From NCBI GenBank assembly GCA_027021705.1, contig JALUTT010000041.1, positions 1 through 14,248 on the forward strand: a stretch of 14,248 nucleotides of DNA. Reading direction: 5' to 3'. Both the position numbers and the translations under genes were made by a program. Each line of letters begins with the position of its first letter. The stretch's first letter is position 1. Below are positions 1-9,842 of this stretch, piece by piece. Source of the DNA: Anaerolineae bacterium (lineage in GTDB: Bacteria; Chloroflexota; Anaerolineae; S140-20). The notes below the pieces were generated by a model. The model did not search any database, was not told the origin of the DNA, and saw only the letters and a list, made by a program, of their open reading frames with translations.

Positions 1-842
1 TCGTAAAATCCCCGTCCGCTCTTGCGTCCCAGGTAGCCGGCGGTCACCATCTGGCGCAGCAGGGGCGGCGCGGCGTAGCGGGGATCGCGGAACTCTTCGT
101 ACATCGCGTCGGCGATGAAGAGCGCCGTGTCCAGGCCCACGAAGTCCAGCAGCGTGAGCGGTCCCATCGGGTGGTTCAGCCCCAGCTTGATGGCCGTGTC
201 AATGTCCTCGCGGGTCGCCAGGCCGTCCTGGAGCAGGCGGACGGCGTCGAGCAGGTAGGGGACCAGCAGCCGGTTGACGATGAAGCCGGGCATATCCTTG
301 GAGACGACCATCGTCTTGCCCAAGGACTCGCCGAACTGACGGGCCACGTTCATCGTCGCCTCGTCGGTCAGGATGGTGCGCACGATCTCCAGCAGGGGCA
401 TCACAGGCACCGGGTTGAAGAAGTGGAGCCCCAGCACCTGGTTGGGCCGGCCAGTGACGGCCGCCATCGTGATGATGGGGATGGAGGAGGTGTTGCTGGC
501 CAGGATGGCGTGGGGCGGGCAGATGTCGTCCAGGGCGGCGAAGACCTCTTTCTTCGTCTCGGCGTTCTCGATGACGGCTTCGATGACGATGTCTGCTTGG
601 GAGAACGCCTCCAGGCTGACGGTGCCGGTGATGCGGGCCAGCGCAGCGTCCATCTCCTCCTGGGTCAGCTTCCCCCGGCTGACCCCTTTGCTCATCGAGC
701 GGTGAATGCGGTCCAGCCCCTTCTGGAGCAGCTCGTCGTTGATCTCCCGCACGACGACGTCATAGCCGGCCCGGGCGCAGACCTCGACGATGCCTGAGCC
801 CATCAGGCCGCAGCCAACCACACCCACGGTTTGGATCTTCAT
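1..842 (-). CDS. hbd: 3-hydroxybutyryl-/3-hydroxyacyl-CoA dehydrogenase (3' end runs off the window)
   Basis: Not in the ORF track, translated by hand. ATG at 842 with GGAGGGAG SD; MKIQTVGVVGCGLMGSGI (Rossmann GxGxxG), EAVIEN, ASNTSS, GLHFFNPVPVMPLLEI, PGFIVNRLL, HPMGPL, GRKSGRGFY. Confidence 0.93.
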   Translation of the reverse strand, partial: MKIQTVGVVGCGLMGSGIVEVCARAGYDVVVREINDELLQKGLDRIHRSMSKGVSRGKLTQEEMDAALARITGTVSLEAFSQADIVIEAVIENAETKKEVFAALDDICPPHAILASNTSSIPIITMAAVTGRPNQVLGLHFFNPVPVMPLLEIVRTILTDEATMNVARQFGESLGKTMVVSKDMPGFIVNRLLVPYLLDAVRLLQDGLATREDIDTAIKLGLNHPMGPLTLLDFVGLDTALFIADAMYEEFRDPRYAAPPLLRQMVTAGYLGRKSGRGFY

Positions 843-878
843 CGTTCTCCCTCCAGCTTCGCGCTTGGTTGTTGGGAA

Positions 879-905
879 TCACGGATTGCACGGATGGCCC
901 GGCTA
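879..905. repeat. Degenerate 9-bp tandem micro-repeat (3 units: tcacggatt/gcacggatg/gcccggcta)
   Basis: Read directly in the hbd-NUDIX spacer; the third unit is poorly conserved. Confidence 0.35.
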
Positions 906-913
906 GAGCCCCG

Positions 914-1450
914 CTAGCTCGAACCTTCGCCTTCGGACGCGGCCAGGCGGGCGACGCGCCACTCGTGGACGGCCTGGTCGTGGCCGCCGCCGGCCAGGTC
1001 CGAAGGGAGCCTCTGGGGCGGGAAGAAGGTCGGTGTGAGCCCTTCGTCGCTAGCCTTCGGCTCGCCCCCCAGGATGCGGCACCGATAGACGAGGAGGATA
1101 CCGTTGCCCCGGGGGTCGTCGTCGAAGTAGTAGACGTTGACCAGGCCGCCCACATCCACTTGCAAGCCCGTCTCTTCCTGTACCTCTCGCCGCGCTGCCT
1201 CGGCGGGGTGCTCGTCGGCCTCCACGTAGCCGGCCGGCAGGTTCCAGCATCCCTGGAAGGGAGGGCGCGCCCGTTGGAGGAGGAGCAGCTTGCCGTCCTG
1301 CTCGATGAGGGCGCCGGCACCTACCTTCAACTGGGCGTAGTGGATCCAGCCGCACTCAGGACAGATGGAGCGCCTGCGTGCTTCGATCTCCCCAACGGTC
1401 AGCGTTGCACCGCAGAGAGGGCAGTAGCGGAAGGCACTGCGAGCATGCAT
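914..1450 (-). CDS. NUDIX hydrolase with N-terminal zinc ribbon (ADP-ribose pyrophosphatase/YjhB-like)
   Basis: CPLCG...CPECG ribbon; Nudix box GYVEADEHPAEAARREVQEETGL. ATG at 1450 is well spaced from GGAGAG; alternative GTG at 1456. Confidence 0.9.
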   Translation of the reverse strand: MHARSAFRYCPLCGATLTVGEIEARRRSICPECGWIHYAQLKVGAGALIEQDGKLLLLQRARPPFQGCWNLPAGYVEADEHPAEAARREVQEETGLQVDVGGLVNVYYFDDDPRGNGILLVYRCRILGGEPKASDEGLTPTFFPPQRLPSDLAGGGHDQAVHEWRVARLAASEGEGSS

Positions 1451-1492
1451 CCCCACGACTCTCCGAACTTCCGAGTCTTCGATTCGGCGGGC

Positions 1493-2029
1493 CTATGACC
1501 CTGCGGTCCCGTCGCCCCACAGTTCGTCGAAGATGGGGCGCAGCCGCCGGTAGGTCTCCTCCAGCATCTCCGGGATCACCCGCGTCTCGCCGATGATGGG
1601 CATAAAGTTGGTGTCGGCCCGCCAGCGGGGCACGATGTGCAGGTGGACGTGTTCGGCGATCCCTGCGCCGGCCGCTTCACCCAGGTTGATGCCCAGGTTG
1701 AAGCCGTGGGGATTGTAGGCCCGGCGCAGGACGGCCAGGCTCAGGTTGGCCAGGACCATCATCTCCGTCAGGGCTGGCGTTTCCAACTCTTCGGTGCTGG
1801 CAACGTGGCGATAGGGGATGACCATCAGGTGACCGTTGTTGTAGGGGTACTTGTTGAGGGTGACGTAGCAGTGCTGACCCCGGCAGAGGATGTGCTCGGC
1901 TTCGTCGGAAGCCTGGGGCTTGGCGCAGAAGATGCAGCCGCTTGGGAGGTCCTCGCCGGCCTGACGGTCTTCGCCGCGCAGGTAGGGCATGCGCCAGGGG
2001 GTCCAGAGACGTTTCATCGTGAGGTCCAT
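1493..2029 (-). CDS. HIT-family nucleotide hydrolase/transferase (Ap4A phosphorylase-like)
   Basis: RLWTPWRMPY, CIFC, NKYPYNNGHLMVIP, histidine triad HVHLHIVPRW. The start may be the ATG at 2017. Confidence 0.92.
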   Translation of the reverse strand: MDLTMKRLWTPWRMPYLRGEDRQAGEDLPSGCIFCAKPQASDEAEHILCRGQHCYVTLNKYPYNNGHLMVIPYRHVASTEELETPALTEMMVLANLSLAVLRRAYNPHGFNLGINLGEAAGAGIAEHVHLHIVPRWRADTNFMPIIGETRVIPEMLEETYRRLRPIFDELWGDGTAGS

Positions 2030-2040
2030 CTTGTCGTGTG

Positions 2041-2120
2041 TGGTCCGTTGGTCGGTTGGTCCGTTGGTCAGGTGGTCGGGTGGTCAGGTAGTCGAGTGGT
2101 CGGGTGGTCGGGTGGTCTGG
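2041..2120. repeat. Ten tandem 8-bp units, consensus TGGTC(G/C/A)G(G/T)
   Basis: tggtccgt tggtcggt tggtccgt tggtcagg tggtcggg tggtcagg tagtcgag tggtcggg tggtcggg tggtctgg. Confidence 0.9.
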
Positions 2121-2139
2121 GTCTCCAGGACCGGTCCTT

Positions 2140-2168
2140 ATTGTACTCCAAAAGGGCGAGAGGGGCAA
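2140..2168 (-). promoter_or_regulatory. Putative sigma70 promoter for the HIT-NUDIX-hbd genes
   Basis: Minus strand TTGCCC (2168-2163), 17 nt, TACAAT (2145-2140). Confidence 0.6.
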
Positions 2169-2175
2169 AGAGACG

Positions 2176-2204
2176 TTGACGAAGCGGCCTCTCAAAGGTA
2201 CAAT
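2176..2204 (+). promoter_or_regulatory. Putative sigma70 promoter for the histidine kinase
   Basis: TTGACG (2176-2181), 17 nt, TACAAT (2199-2204), about 45 nt upstream of the ATG with GGAGG SD. Confidence 0.7.
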
Positions 2205-2247
2205 GCACATACCAGGTCACGAGGGCCCCGGTTGATTCGGAGGGGAG

Positions 2248-5200
2248 ATGAACGATCACGAGACAGCTTATCGGCAGGTCTTCGAGAGGAGCCGTGATGC
2301 GCTGTTCATTGTGGATGAGGAAGGGCGCTATCGCGAGGTCAACGCTGCAGCTCTGTCTCTGACAGGGTACAGCCGGGAAGAACTGCTGGCGATGCGTGTT
2401 ATGGACCTACTGGCCCCGGAGATGCGTCCGGGTGCAGAAGAGCGGCTGCGCACGCTGCTGGCTCAGGGTGGGGGGGTTCAGGAGACCAAGATCCGCACCA
2501 AAACGGGGGAGGTGCTGACCATCGAGCTGAGCGTGAGTCGCATCACCTATCAGGGCAAGCCGGCGCTTCTGGGCGCGGCCCGGGAGATCGGCTGGCGCAG
2601 GGAGACGGAAGCGCGGCTGGCGTGGCTCAACCGAATGCTTCGCACCATCAGCACCATCAACCAACTCATCGTCCGGGCCGAAACCCCCCAGCAGCTTCTC
2701 ACCGAAGCCTGTCACCGTCTGGTGGAGGCCGGACGATACCGTCTGGTCTGGATCGGCCTGATCGCCGAGGGGGATCCCGTCGTTCGACCGGTGGCCGTTG
2801 CCGGTGAGGTTCCTGGGTACGTCGAGGAGATCGAGGTCCGCTGGGACCTGTCGCCCCTGGGCCATGGTCCCACCGGCACCGCTATCCGTACCGGTCAGCC
2901 TTCCCTGTTCTCCGACTTCATCCGGGACCCTCGGGCCGCTCCCTGGTGGGAAGCGGCCCGACGCCACCACCTCGCCTCGGCGTTGAGCCTACCCATCCGC
3001 CGGCGTGACCGCACCTGGGGAGCGCTCACGGTGTACGCCGACCATCCGCACGCCTTTGACGACGAAGAGGTGGCCCTGCTGCACGAGCTGGCCGGCGACC
3101 TGGGGCTGGCTCTGGACCACCTGGAGGCCGTTGAGGCACAGCAGCAGTACATCGCCCGATTGGAGACCCTGCACGAGGTTGATCACGCCATCCTGGCTGC
3201 TCGTTCTCCCCAGGAGATCGCCCAGGCGGTCCTGACCCATATCCGTCGGCTGGTCCCCTGCGACCGGGCCAGTCTTCTCCTCTTTGACTTCTTGGCCGGC
3301 GAAGCTGAGGTGATGACGGTGGACGTCAACGGGGTGACCGAGCTCGACGCCGGACTGCGGATCCCCTTGCAGAAGATCCACGCCCTAGAAACCTTGCAAG
3401 CCCGGCAGGTCTATCAGGTGACGGACCTCGCTGCCCAGGAACTGCTCAGCCCCACGGAGCGCCAACTGATGGCCGAGGGCGTCCGCTCGCTCCTGGTCTT
3501 CCCCCTTACGGCCCGGGGGCGTCTGCTGGGGTCCCTCAATCTGGGCCGGAAGGAGCCTCGAGCCTTTACCGCAAGGCAGTTGGACATCATCCGGGAGGTG
3601 GGCGATCACCTAGCCGTCGCCCTGGAGAACCTGCAGTTGTACGAGGACGAGCGGAAGGCTCGCCTTCTGGCCGAGGCCCTGCACGAAGCGACGGCCGCGG
3701 TCAGCAGCACCCTGGACTTCGAGGAAGTCCTGGACCGCATCCTGGAGCAGGTCAGCCGGGTCGTCCCCAACGATGTGGCCAACGTGATGCTCGTCGAGGG
3801 GGACTGGGTGCGGGTCGTGCGCTGGCGGGGGTATGAGCGCTTCGGCGTCGAGGAGATCGTGGCTTCAGCGACGTTCTCTCTCACGCGGACGACCAACATG
3901 CGCTGGATGCTGGAGACCCGCCAGCCGATGGTCATTCCCGATACGACCCGTTATCCCGGATGGGTTTGTCTCCCTGGGATGGAGTGGCTGCGCTCTTACG
4001 CTGCTGCGCCCATCTGCTTGCGGGATCGTGTGCTGGGGTTCCTCAACGTGGACAGCGCGACCCCAGGCTTCTTCACCATTGCCCACGCCCGCCGCCTGCA
4101 AGCGTTCGCCAATCAGGTGGCCATCGCCTTGGAAAACGCCCGGCTCTACCAGGAGTTGAGGCAGTATAGCACCCATCTGGAGGAGATGGTCCAGGAACGC
4201 ACCCAGGCTCTGCGGGATCAGCAGGCCCGCGTCCAGGCCATCCTGGATGCGGCGGGCGAGAGCATCTTCTTCACCGATCGGGAGGGCACCATCCTCTACG
4301 CCAACCCGGCGACCACCCGGCTGACCGGATACGCGCTGGAAGAGATCGTCGGGCGGACGTTGCAGTTGTGGCAGGATGACCAGGATGCCCAGACGCGCCG
4401 CAAGGCGATGTGGGAGACCCTGCGTCAGGGCCATCTCTGGCGGGGGGAGACGGTGAACCGGCGCAAGGATGGCACCTACTACGACGCTCTGCTGACCCTG
4501 GCCCCCATCCAAGATGAGCGGGGAGAGATCACCGGCTTCGTGGGTGTGCAGCAGGAGATTACCCACCTGAAGGAGCTGGACCGGCTGCGCACCCAACTGA
4601 TCTCCAACGTTTCCCACGAACTGCGCACGCCTCTGACCAACCTGAAGCTCTACCTTCGGCTGTTGGAGCAGGGAAAGCCCGATCGGCGGGCCGATTACCT
4701 AGAGACCCTGCACCGAGAAGCCGATCGGCTCCACCGCCTCATCGAGGACCTGCTCTACCTTTCCCGGCTGGAATTGGAGGGCGAGGAGGTCCACCTGCGT
4801 CCTATGGACCTCAACCGATTGGTCCAGGTGCTGGTGGAAGACCGCACGATGCTGGCGGGGCAGAAGGGGCTGGTTTTGCGGATGGAGTTACAGGAGCCGC
4901 TCCCCCTGGTGTTGGGCGATGAGCGGTTGCTCGGGCAGGTGTTGACCAATCTGTTGACGAACGCGATGCGCTACACGCCGTCGGGCGGCGAGATCGTCCT
5001 GGGTACGGCGCTGGTGGAGCAGGAGGGGGAGCGATGGGTGACGGTCTCGGTGACCGATACCGGCTTAGGGATTCCCTCCGAGGAGTTGCCTCACCTCTTC
5101 GAGCGTTTCTTCCGGGGCGAAGCCGCCCGTCAGACAGGGGCTCCAGGCACCGGGTTGGGATTGGCCATCTGCCAGGAGATCGCCGACCGCCACGGCGGAC

Positions 5201-5265
5201 GGATCACGGTGCAGAGCAGGCCGGGAGAGGGCAGCACCTTCACCGTCTGGTTGCGTCCGGCGTAG
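2248..5265 (+). CDS. Cytoplasmic multi-sensor histidine kinase (PAS-GAF-GAF-GAF-PAS-HisKA-HATPase)
   Basis: PAS (DALFIVDEEGRYREVNAAA; ESIFFTDREGTILYANPA), three GAF-like repeats, H-box SHELRTPL, N-box NLLTNAMRYT, DTGLGI, FERFFR, GTGLGL; no transmembrane segment or receiver domain seen. Confidence 0.93.
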   Translation: MNDHETAYRQVFERSRDALFIVDEEGRYREVNAAALSLTGYSREELLAMRVMDLLAPEMRPGAEERLRTLLAQGGGVQETKIRTKTGEVLTIELSVSRITYQGKPALLGAAREIGWRRETEARLAWLNRMLRTISTINQLIVRAETPQQLLTEACHRLVEAGRYRLVWIGLIAEGDPVVRPVAVAGEVPGYVEEIEVRWDLSPLGHGPTGTAIRTGQPSLFSDFIRDPRAAPWWEAARRHHLASALSLPIRRRDRTWGALTVYADHPHAFDDEEVALLHELAGDLGLALDHLEAVEAQQQYIARLETLHEVDHAILAARSPQEIAQAVLTHIRRLVPCDRASLLLFDFLAGEAEVMTVDVNGVTELDAGLRIPLQKIHALETLQARQVYQVTDLAAQELLSPTERQLMAEGVRSLLVFPLTARGRLLGSLNLGRKEPRAFTARQLDIIREVGDHLAVALENLQLYEDERKARLLAEALHEATAAVSSTLDFEEVLDRILEQVSRVVPNDVANVMLVEGDWVRVVRWRGYERFGVEEIVASATFSLTRTTNMRWMLETRQPMVIPDTTRYPGWVCLPGMEWLRSYAAAPICLRDRVLGFLNVDSATPGFFTIAHARRLQAFANQVAIALENARLYQELRQYSTHLEEMVQERTQALRDQQARVQAILDAAGESIFFTDREGTILYANPATTRLTGYALEEIVGRTLQLWQDDQDAQTRRKAMWETLRQGHLWRGETVNRRKDGTYYDALLTLAPIQDERGEITGFVGVQQEITHLKELDRLRTQLISNVSHELRTPLTNLKLYLRLLEQGKPDRRADYLETLHREADRLHRLIEDLLYLSRLELEGEEVHLRPMDLNRLVQVLVEDRTMLAGQKGLVLRMELQEPLPLVLGDERLLGQVLTNLLTNAMRYTPSGGEIVLGTALVEQEGERWVTVSVTDTGLGIPSEELPHLFERFFRGEAARQTGAPGTGLGLAICQEIADRHGGRITVQSRPGEGSTFTVWLRPA

Positions 5266-5291
5266 CGGGCGGTCCCCAGGGGACAATCGGG

Positions 5292-5321
5292 TTGGGCGGT
5301 AATGGAGGGGTGTGCTATACT
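5292..5321 (+). promoter_or_regulatory. Putative extended -10 promoter for selD
   Basis: TG-c-TATACT (5313-5321) with a weak -35 TTGGGC (5292-5297) at 18 nt spacing. Confidence 0.6.
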
Positions 5322-5324
5322 TCT

Positions 5325-5443
5325 GGCGTGAGGCGTGAGGCGTGAAACGTGAGGCGTGAGGCGTGAAGCGTGAAACGTGAGGCGTGAGGCGTGAGGCGTG
5401 AGGCGTGAAGCGTGAGGCGTGAAGCGTGAGGCGTGAAACGTGA
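5325..5443 (+). repeat. 17 tandem heptamers, consensus RRCGTGA (GGCGTGA/AGCGTGA/AACGTGA)
   Basis: Counted directly: uninterrupted 7-bp period from 5325 to 5443 with invariant CGTGA. Confidence 0.97.
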
Positions 5444-5466
5444 GGACGCACGGAGAGAAGGGAGCG

Positions 5467-6516
5467 ATGGCACCAGGACGGCAAGTGCGCTTGACAACGC
5501 TGGCTTCGTGTGCCGGCTGAGCGTCGAAAATGGCCCCCGAGGCCCTGGCGCAGGTTCTGCGCCCTCTACAAGACCTGTTCGATCCTCAGGACTACCCGGA
5601 CCTGCTGGTGGGGTTAGGGAGCCCCGACGACGCAGCCGTCTACCGGATGGACCGGGATCGGGCGCTCATCGTCACCACCGACTTCTTCACGCCCATCGTG
5701 GACGAGCCCTACGAGTACGGGGCCATCGCCGCGGCCAACGCCCTGAGCGACGTCTACGCGATGGGAGGACGGCCTTTGCTCGCCCTGAACGTCGTGGCCT
5801 TCCCCGCCGACCTGCCCTCCGAGGTCCTGGCCGAGGTGATGCGGGGAGGGGCGGAGAAGGTGCGGGAGGCCGGCGCAATCTTGGCCGGCGGTCACTCCAT
5901 CACTGACCCAGAGCCCAAGTATGGGTTGGTGGTGGTGGGCGACGCCCACCCGGACCGTCTGCTGACCAAGGCCGGTGCTCAGGTCGGTGACCTCCTCGTC
6001 CTCACCAAGCCCCTGGGTTCCGGGGTGATCACGACGGCGGTCAAGCGGGGCGTTGCCCGAACCGAGGAGGTTGCCGCGGCGGTTGCCTGGATGGCGCGTC
6101 TCAACCGGCGGGCTGCTGAGCTGGCCGTCGAGTTCCACCTGCGGGCGGCCACCGACATCACCGGCTTTGGCTTCCTGGGCCACGCGATGGAGATGGCCGT
6201 GGCCAGCGATGTTCGCTTCCGATTTCACTATGAGGCCATCCCTTGGATGGAGGGGGCGACGCGCCTGGCTCAGGAGTGGGTCTTCCCCGGCGGTTCCCAG
6301 AACAATCGTGCCTTCTACAGCCCCTTCGTCACCTTCGCTAACGGGCTGGTGGAGTGGCAGCAGATGCTCCTCTTCGACGCCCAGACCTCCGGGGGGCTGC
6401 TGCTGGCCGTGCCCCCCGACCGGCTGGATCGCTTCCTGGCCCGGGCCAAGGCCGTGGACCAGCCCCTCTGGGTAGTCGGCGAAGTGGTCGAGGGGGAAGG
6501 GATAGAGATTGTGTAA
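5467..6516 (+). CDS. selD: Selenide, water dikinase SelD, selenocysteine-containing (UGA at 5518-5520 = Sec18)
   Basis: ATG 5467 after a GGGAG SD is in frame with track ORF 5530. It reads MAPGRQVRLTTLASCAG-U-ASKMAPE, placing UGA at the catalytic Cys/Sec position before the conserved Lys. Motifs DDAAV, TTDFFTPIVD, ANALSDVYAMGG, GGHS, TDITGFG, DAQTSGGLL. Confidence 0.95.
5539..5566 (+). promoter_or_regulatory. Bacterial SECIS-like hairpin
   Basis: Stem GGCGCAG (5547-5553) / CTGCGCC (5557-5563) closing a G-first loop about 33 nt after UGA, extendable by GAG/CTC; resembles the GCAGGUCUGC apex of the E. coli fdhF SECIS. Confidence 0.7.
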
Positions 6517-6542
6517 GGTACTACGCACAAGGAGAATCAGCG

Positions 6543-6812
6543 ATGGAACTCCACGAATTGGTCATTGAGATGAAGCTTCTGGAGCGTCGTTTGACCCTCT
6601 ACGAGGAAAAGTACGGTATCCTCAGCGAGGATTTCTACGCGGCTTTGATGTCGGGCAAGCTGGCCCGATATGACGAGTTTGATGAAACACGCGCCGATTT
6701 CAGCCGCTGGAAGGGCATCTACGAGACGTGGCTGCGTCGTAAGGAGGCCTACACCGCTCAAATTCAACAACACGACCTGGCCGAGGTCCTACGCTTTCAA
6801 CCTGCTTACTGA
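6543..6812 (+). CDS. Putative antitoxin, TumA-like (89 aa)
   Basis: AAGGAG SD then ATG 6543, inside track ORF 6354; [14 protein letters not shown]...G...DF.RW pattern; directly upstream of a DUF6516-like gene. Confidence 0.65.
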   Translation: MELHELVIEMKLLERRLTLYEEKYGILSEDFYAALMSGKLARYDEFDETRADFSRWKGIYETWLRRKEAYTAQIQQHDLAEVLRFQPAY

Positions 6813-6820
6813 GTGTGGAT

Positions 6821-7261
6821 ATGTCTCCTCTGCGATCGCTTGCCGATTACAGCCGTTTCGTGGCGCATTGGCTTGATCGGCCTACAATCGAGCGCTCCAC
6901 CGTGGTGGTCTGGTCTACCAGTCCTTACACGGGAGTTGCTGAGGGGGAGGTCTTCTTCTCGGGAGAATTCCGGCTGCGGATGAGGGAGGAGCTAGATTTT
7001 GATGCGGGCTTGATTACTTCGTATGGATATGAGGTGTACCGAGGCCAGGAGCGGCTGTACTGGTACGATGACTTTCCACATCCCGATGATCCGGCGTTAG
7101 CGTCAACCTATCCCCATCACAAGCACATTCCCCCCGACATCAAGCGCCATCGCATTCCGGCGCCGGAGATGAGCTTTACTCGGCCCAACTTGCCGGTTAT
7201 CATCCGGGAGATCGAAGCGTTGATAGAGCACGGGGAGGCTTCTCAGAAGACCTCTCCTTGA
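6821..7261 (+). CDS. DUF6516/TumE-like toxin
   Basis: SYGYEV...YWYDDFPHP...STYPHHKH motif typical of DUF6516; ATG 6821 (alternative GTG 6815) lies 8 nt after the antitoxin stop. Confidence 0.75.
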   Translation: MSPLRSLADYSRFVAHWLDRPTIERSTVVVWSTSPYTGVAEGEVFFSGEFRLRMREELDFDAGLITSYGYEVYRGQERLYWYDDFPHPDDPALASTYPHHKHIPPDIKRHRIPAPEMSFTRPNLPVIIREIEALIEHGEASQKTSP

Positions 7262-7277
7262 TGGGGAAGGGCGGAGG

Positions 7278-9278
<2,001 letters not shown>

Positions 9279-9350
9279 GAGGGCAGTACGTGAGGTATTG
9301 GCCTCTGGAAGGCGGTTGATCCCAAGGTTCGCGAAACATAGGAGGCAACG

Positions 9351-9794
9351 ATGAGCCTGAAGGCGAAGCTGCAACAGGACCTCAAGGAGGCGTTGCGTCA
9401 GCGCGATGAGGTGCGCAAGCGGGTGCTGCGTATGGCGCTGACCGCCATCAAAAACGCTGAGGTTGAGGCCAGGGGCGAGCTGACCGAGGATCAGATCCTG
9501 ACCCTCTTGCAGAAGGAGGCGAAGAAGCGAGAGGAGACGCTGGAGGCCCTGGCCGGCGCGGACCGGCCCGATCTGGTGGTCCAGGAGCGGGCGGAGTTGG
9601 AGGTGCTGCGCAGCTACCTGCCCCGCCAGCTCAGCCGGGAGGAGATCGAAGCGGCAGCCCGGGAGGTGATCGCCCAGGTCGGAGCCAGCGGTCCGCGCGA
9701 CATCGGCAAGGTGATGGGGCCGCTGATGGCCCAGCTGCGGGGCCGGGCCGATGGCCGGCTGGTCAACCAGGTCGTCCGAGAGCTCTTGGGGTAG
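9351..9794 (+). CDS. GatB/YqeY domain-containing protein
   Basis: AGGAGG SD; LK..L..DLKEAL, KKREE, ELEVL..YLPRQLS, DIGKVMG...GRADG. Confidence 0.92.
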   Translation: MSLKAKLQQDLKEALRQRDEVRKRVLRMALTAIKNAEVEARGELTEDQILTLLQKEAKKREETLEALAGADRPDLVVQERAELEVLRSYLPRQLSREEIEAAAREVIAQVGASGPRDIGKVMGPLMAQLRGRADGRLVNQVVRELLG

Positions 9795-9842
9795 CCGAGG
9801 AAGAGGCTGGCCCTTGGACCTGGCACCAGGTATGTCAACGGT

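Noticed and set aside
171..797. 208-aa plus-strand ORF
   Set aside because: Antisense shadow of the 3-hydroxyacyl-CoA dehydrogenase, which the track omits because it runs off the edge.
1460..1490. Possible 8-bp repeat remnant (tccgaact/tccgagtc/ttcgattc)
   Set aside because: Too short and degenerate to distinguish from chance.
5325..5443. Repeat arrays (also 2041-2120) as CRISPR
   Set aside because: Units are 7-8 bp with no spacers, and no cas genes are present.
5302..5466. ATG 5302 is in frame with selD through six repeat-derived UGAs, suggesting a poly-Sec leader
   Set aside because: A 7-bp period gives UGAs in every frame, no SECIS follows them, and the ATG lies upstream of the predicted -10.
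5065..5497. Minus-strand ORFs with repeated HASRFTP
   Set aside because: Simple translation of the heptamer array; no evidence of coding function.
6354..6542. N-terminal extension of the antitoxin ORF
   Set aside because: Overlaps selD out of frame; a strong SD supports ATG 6543.
7200..7277. LexA/SOS box before uvrB
   Set aside because: No GAAC-N4-GTTC or CTGT-N8-ACAG match seen.
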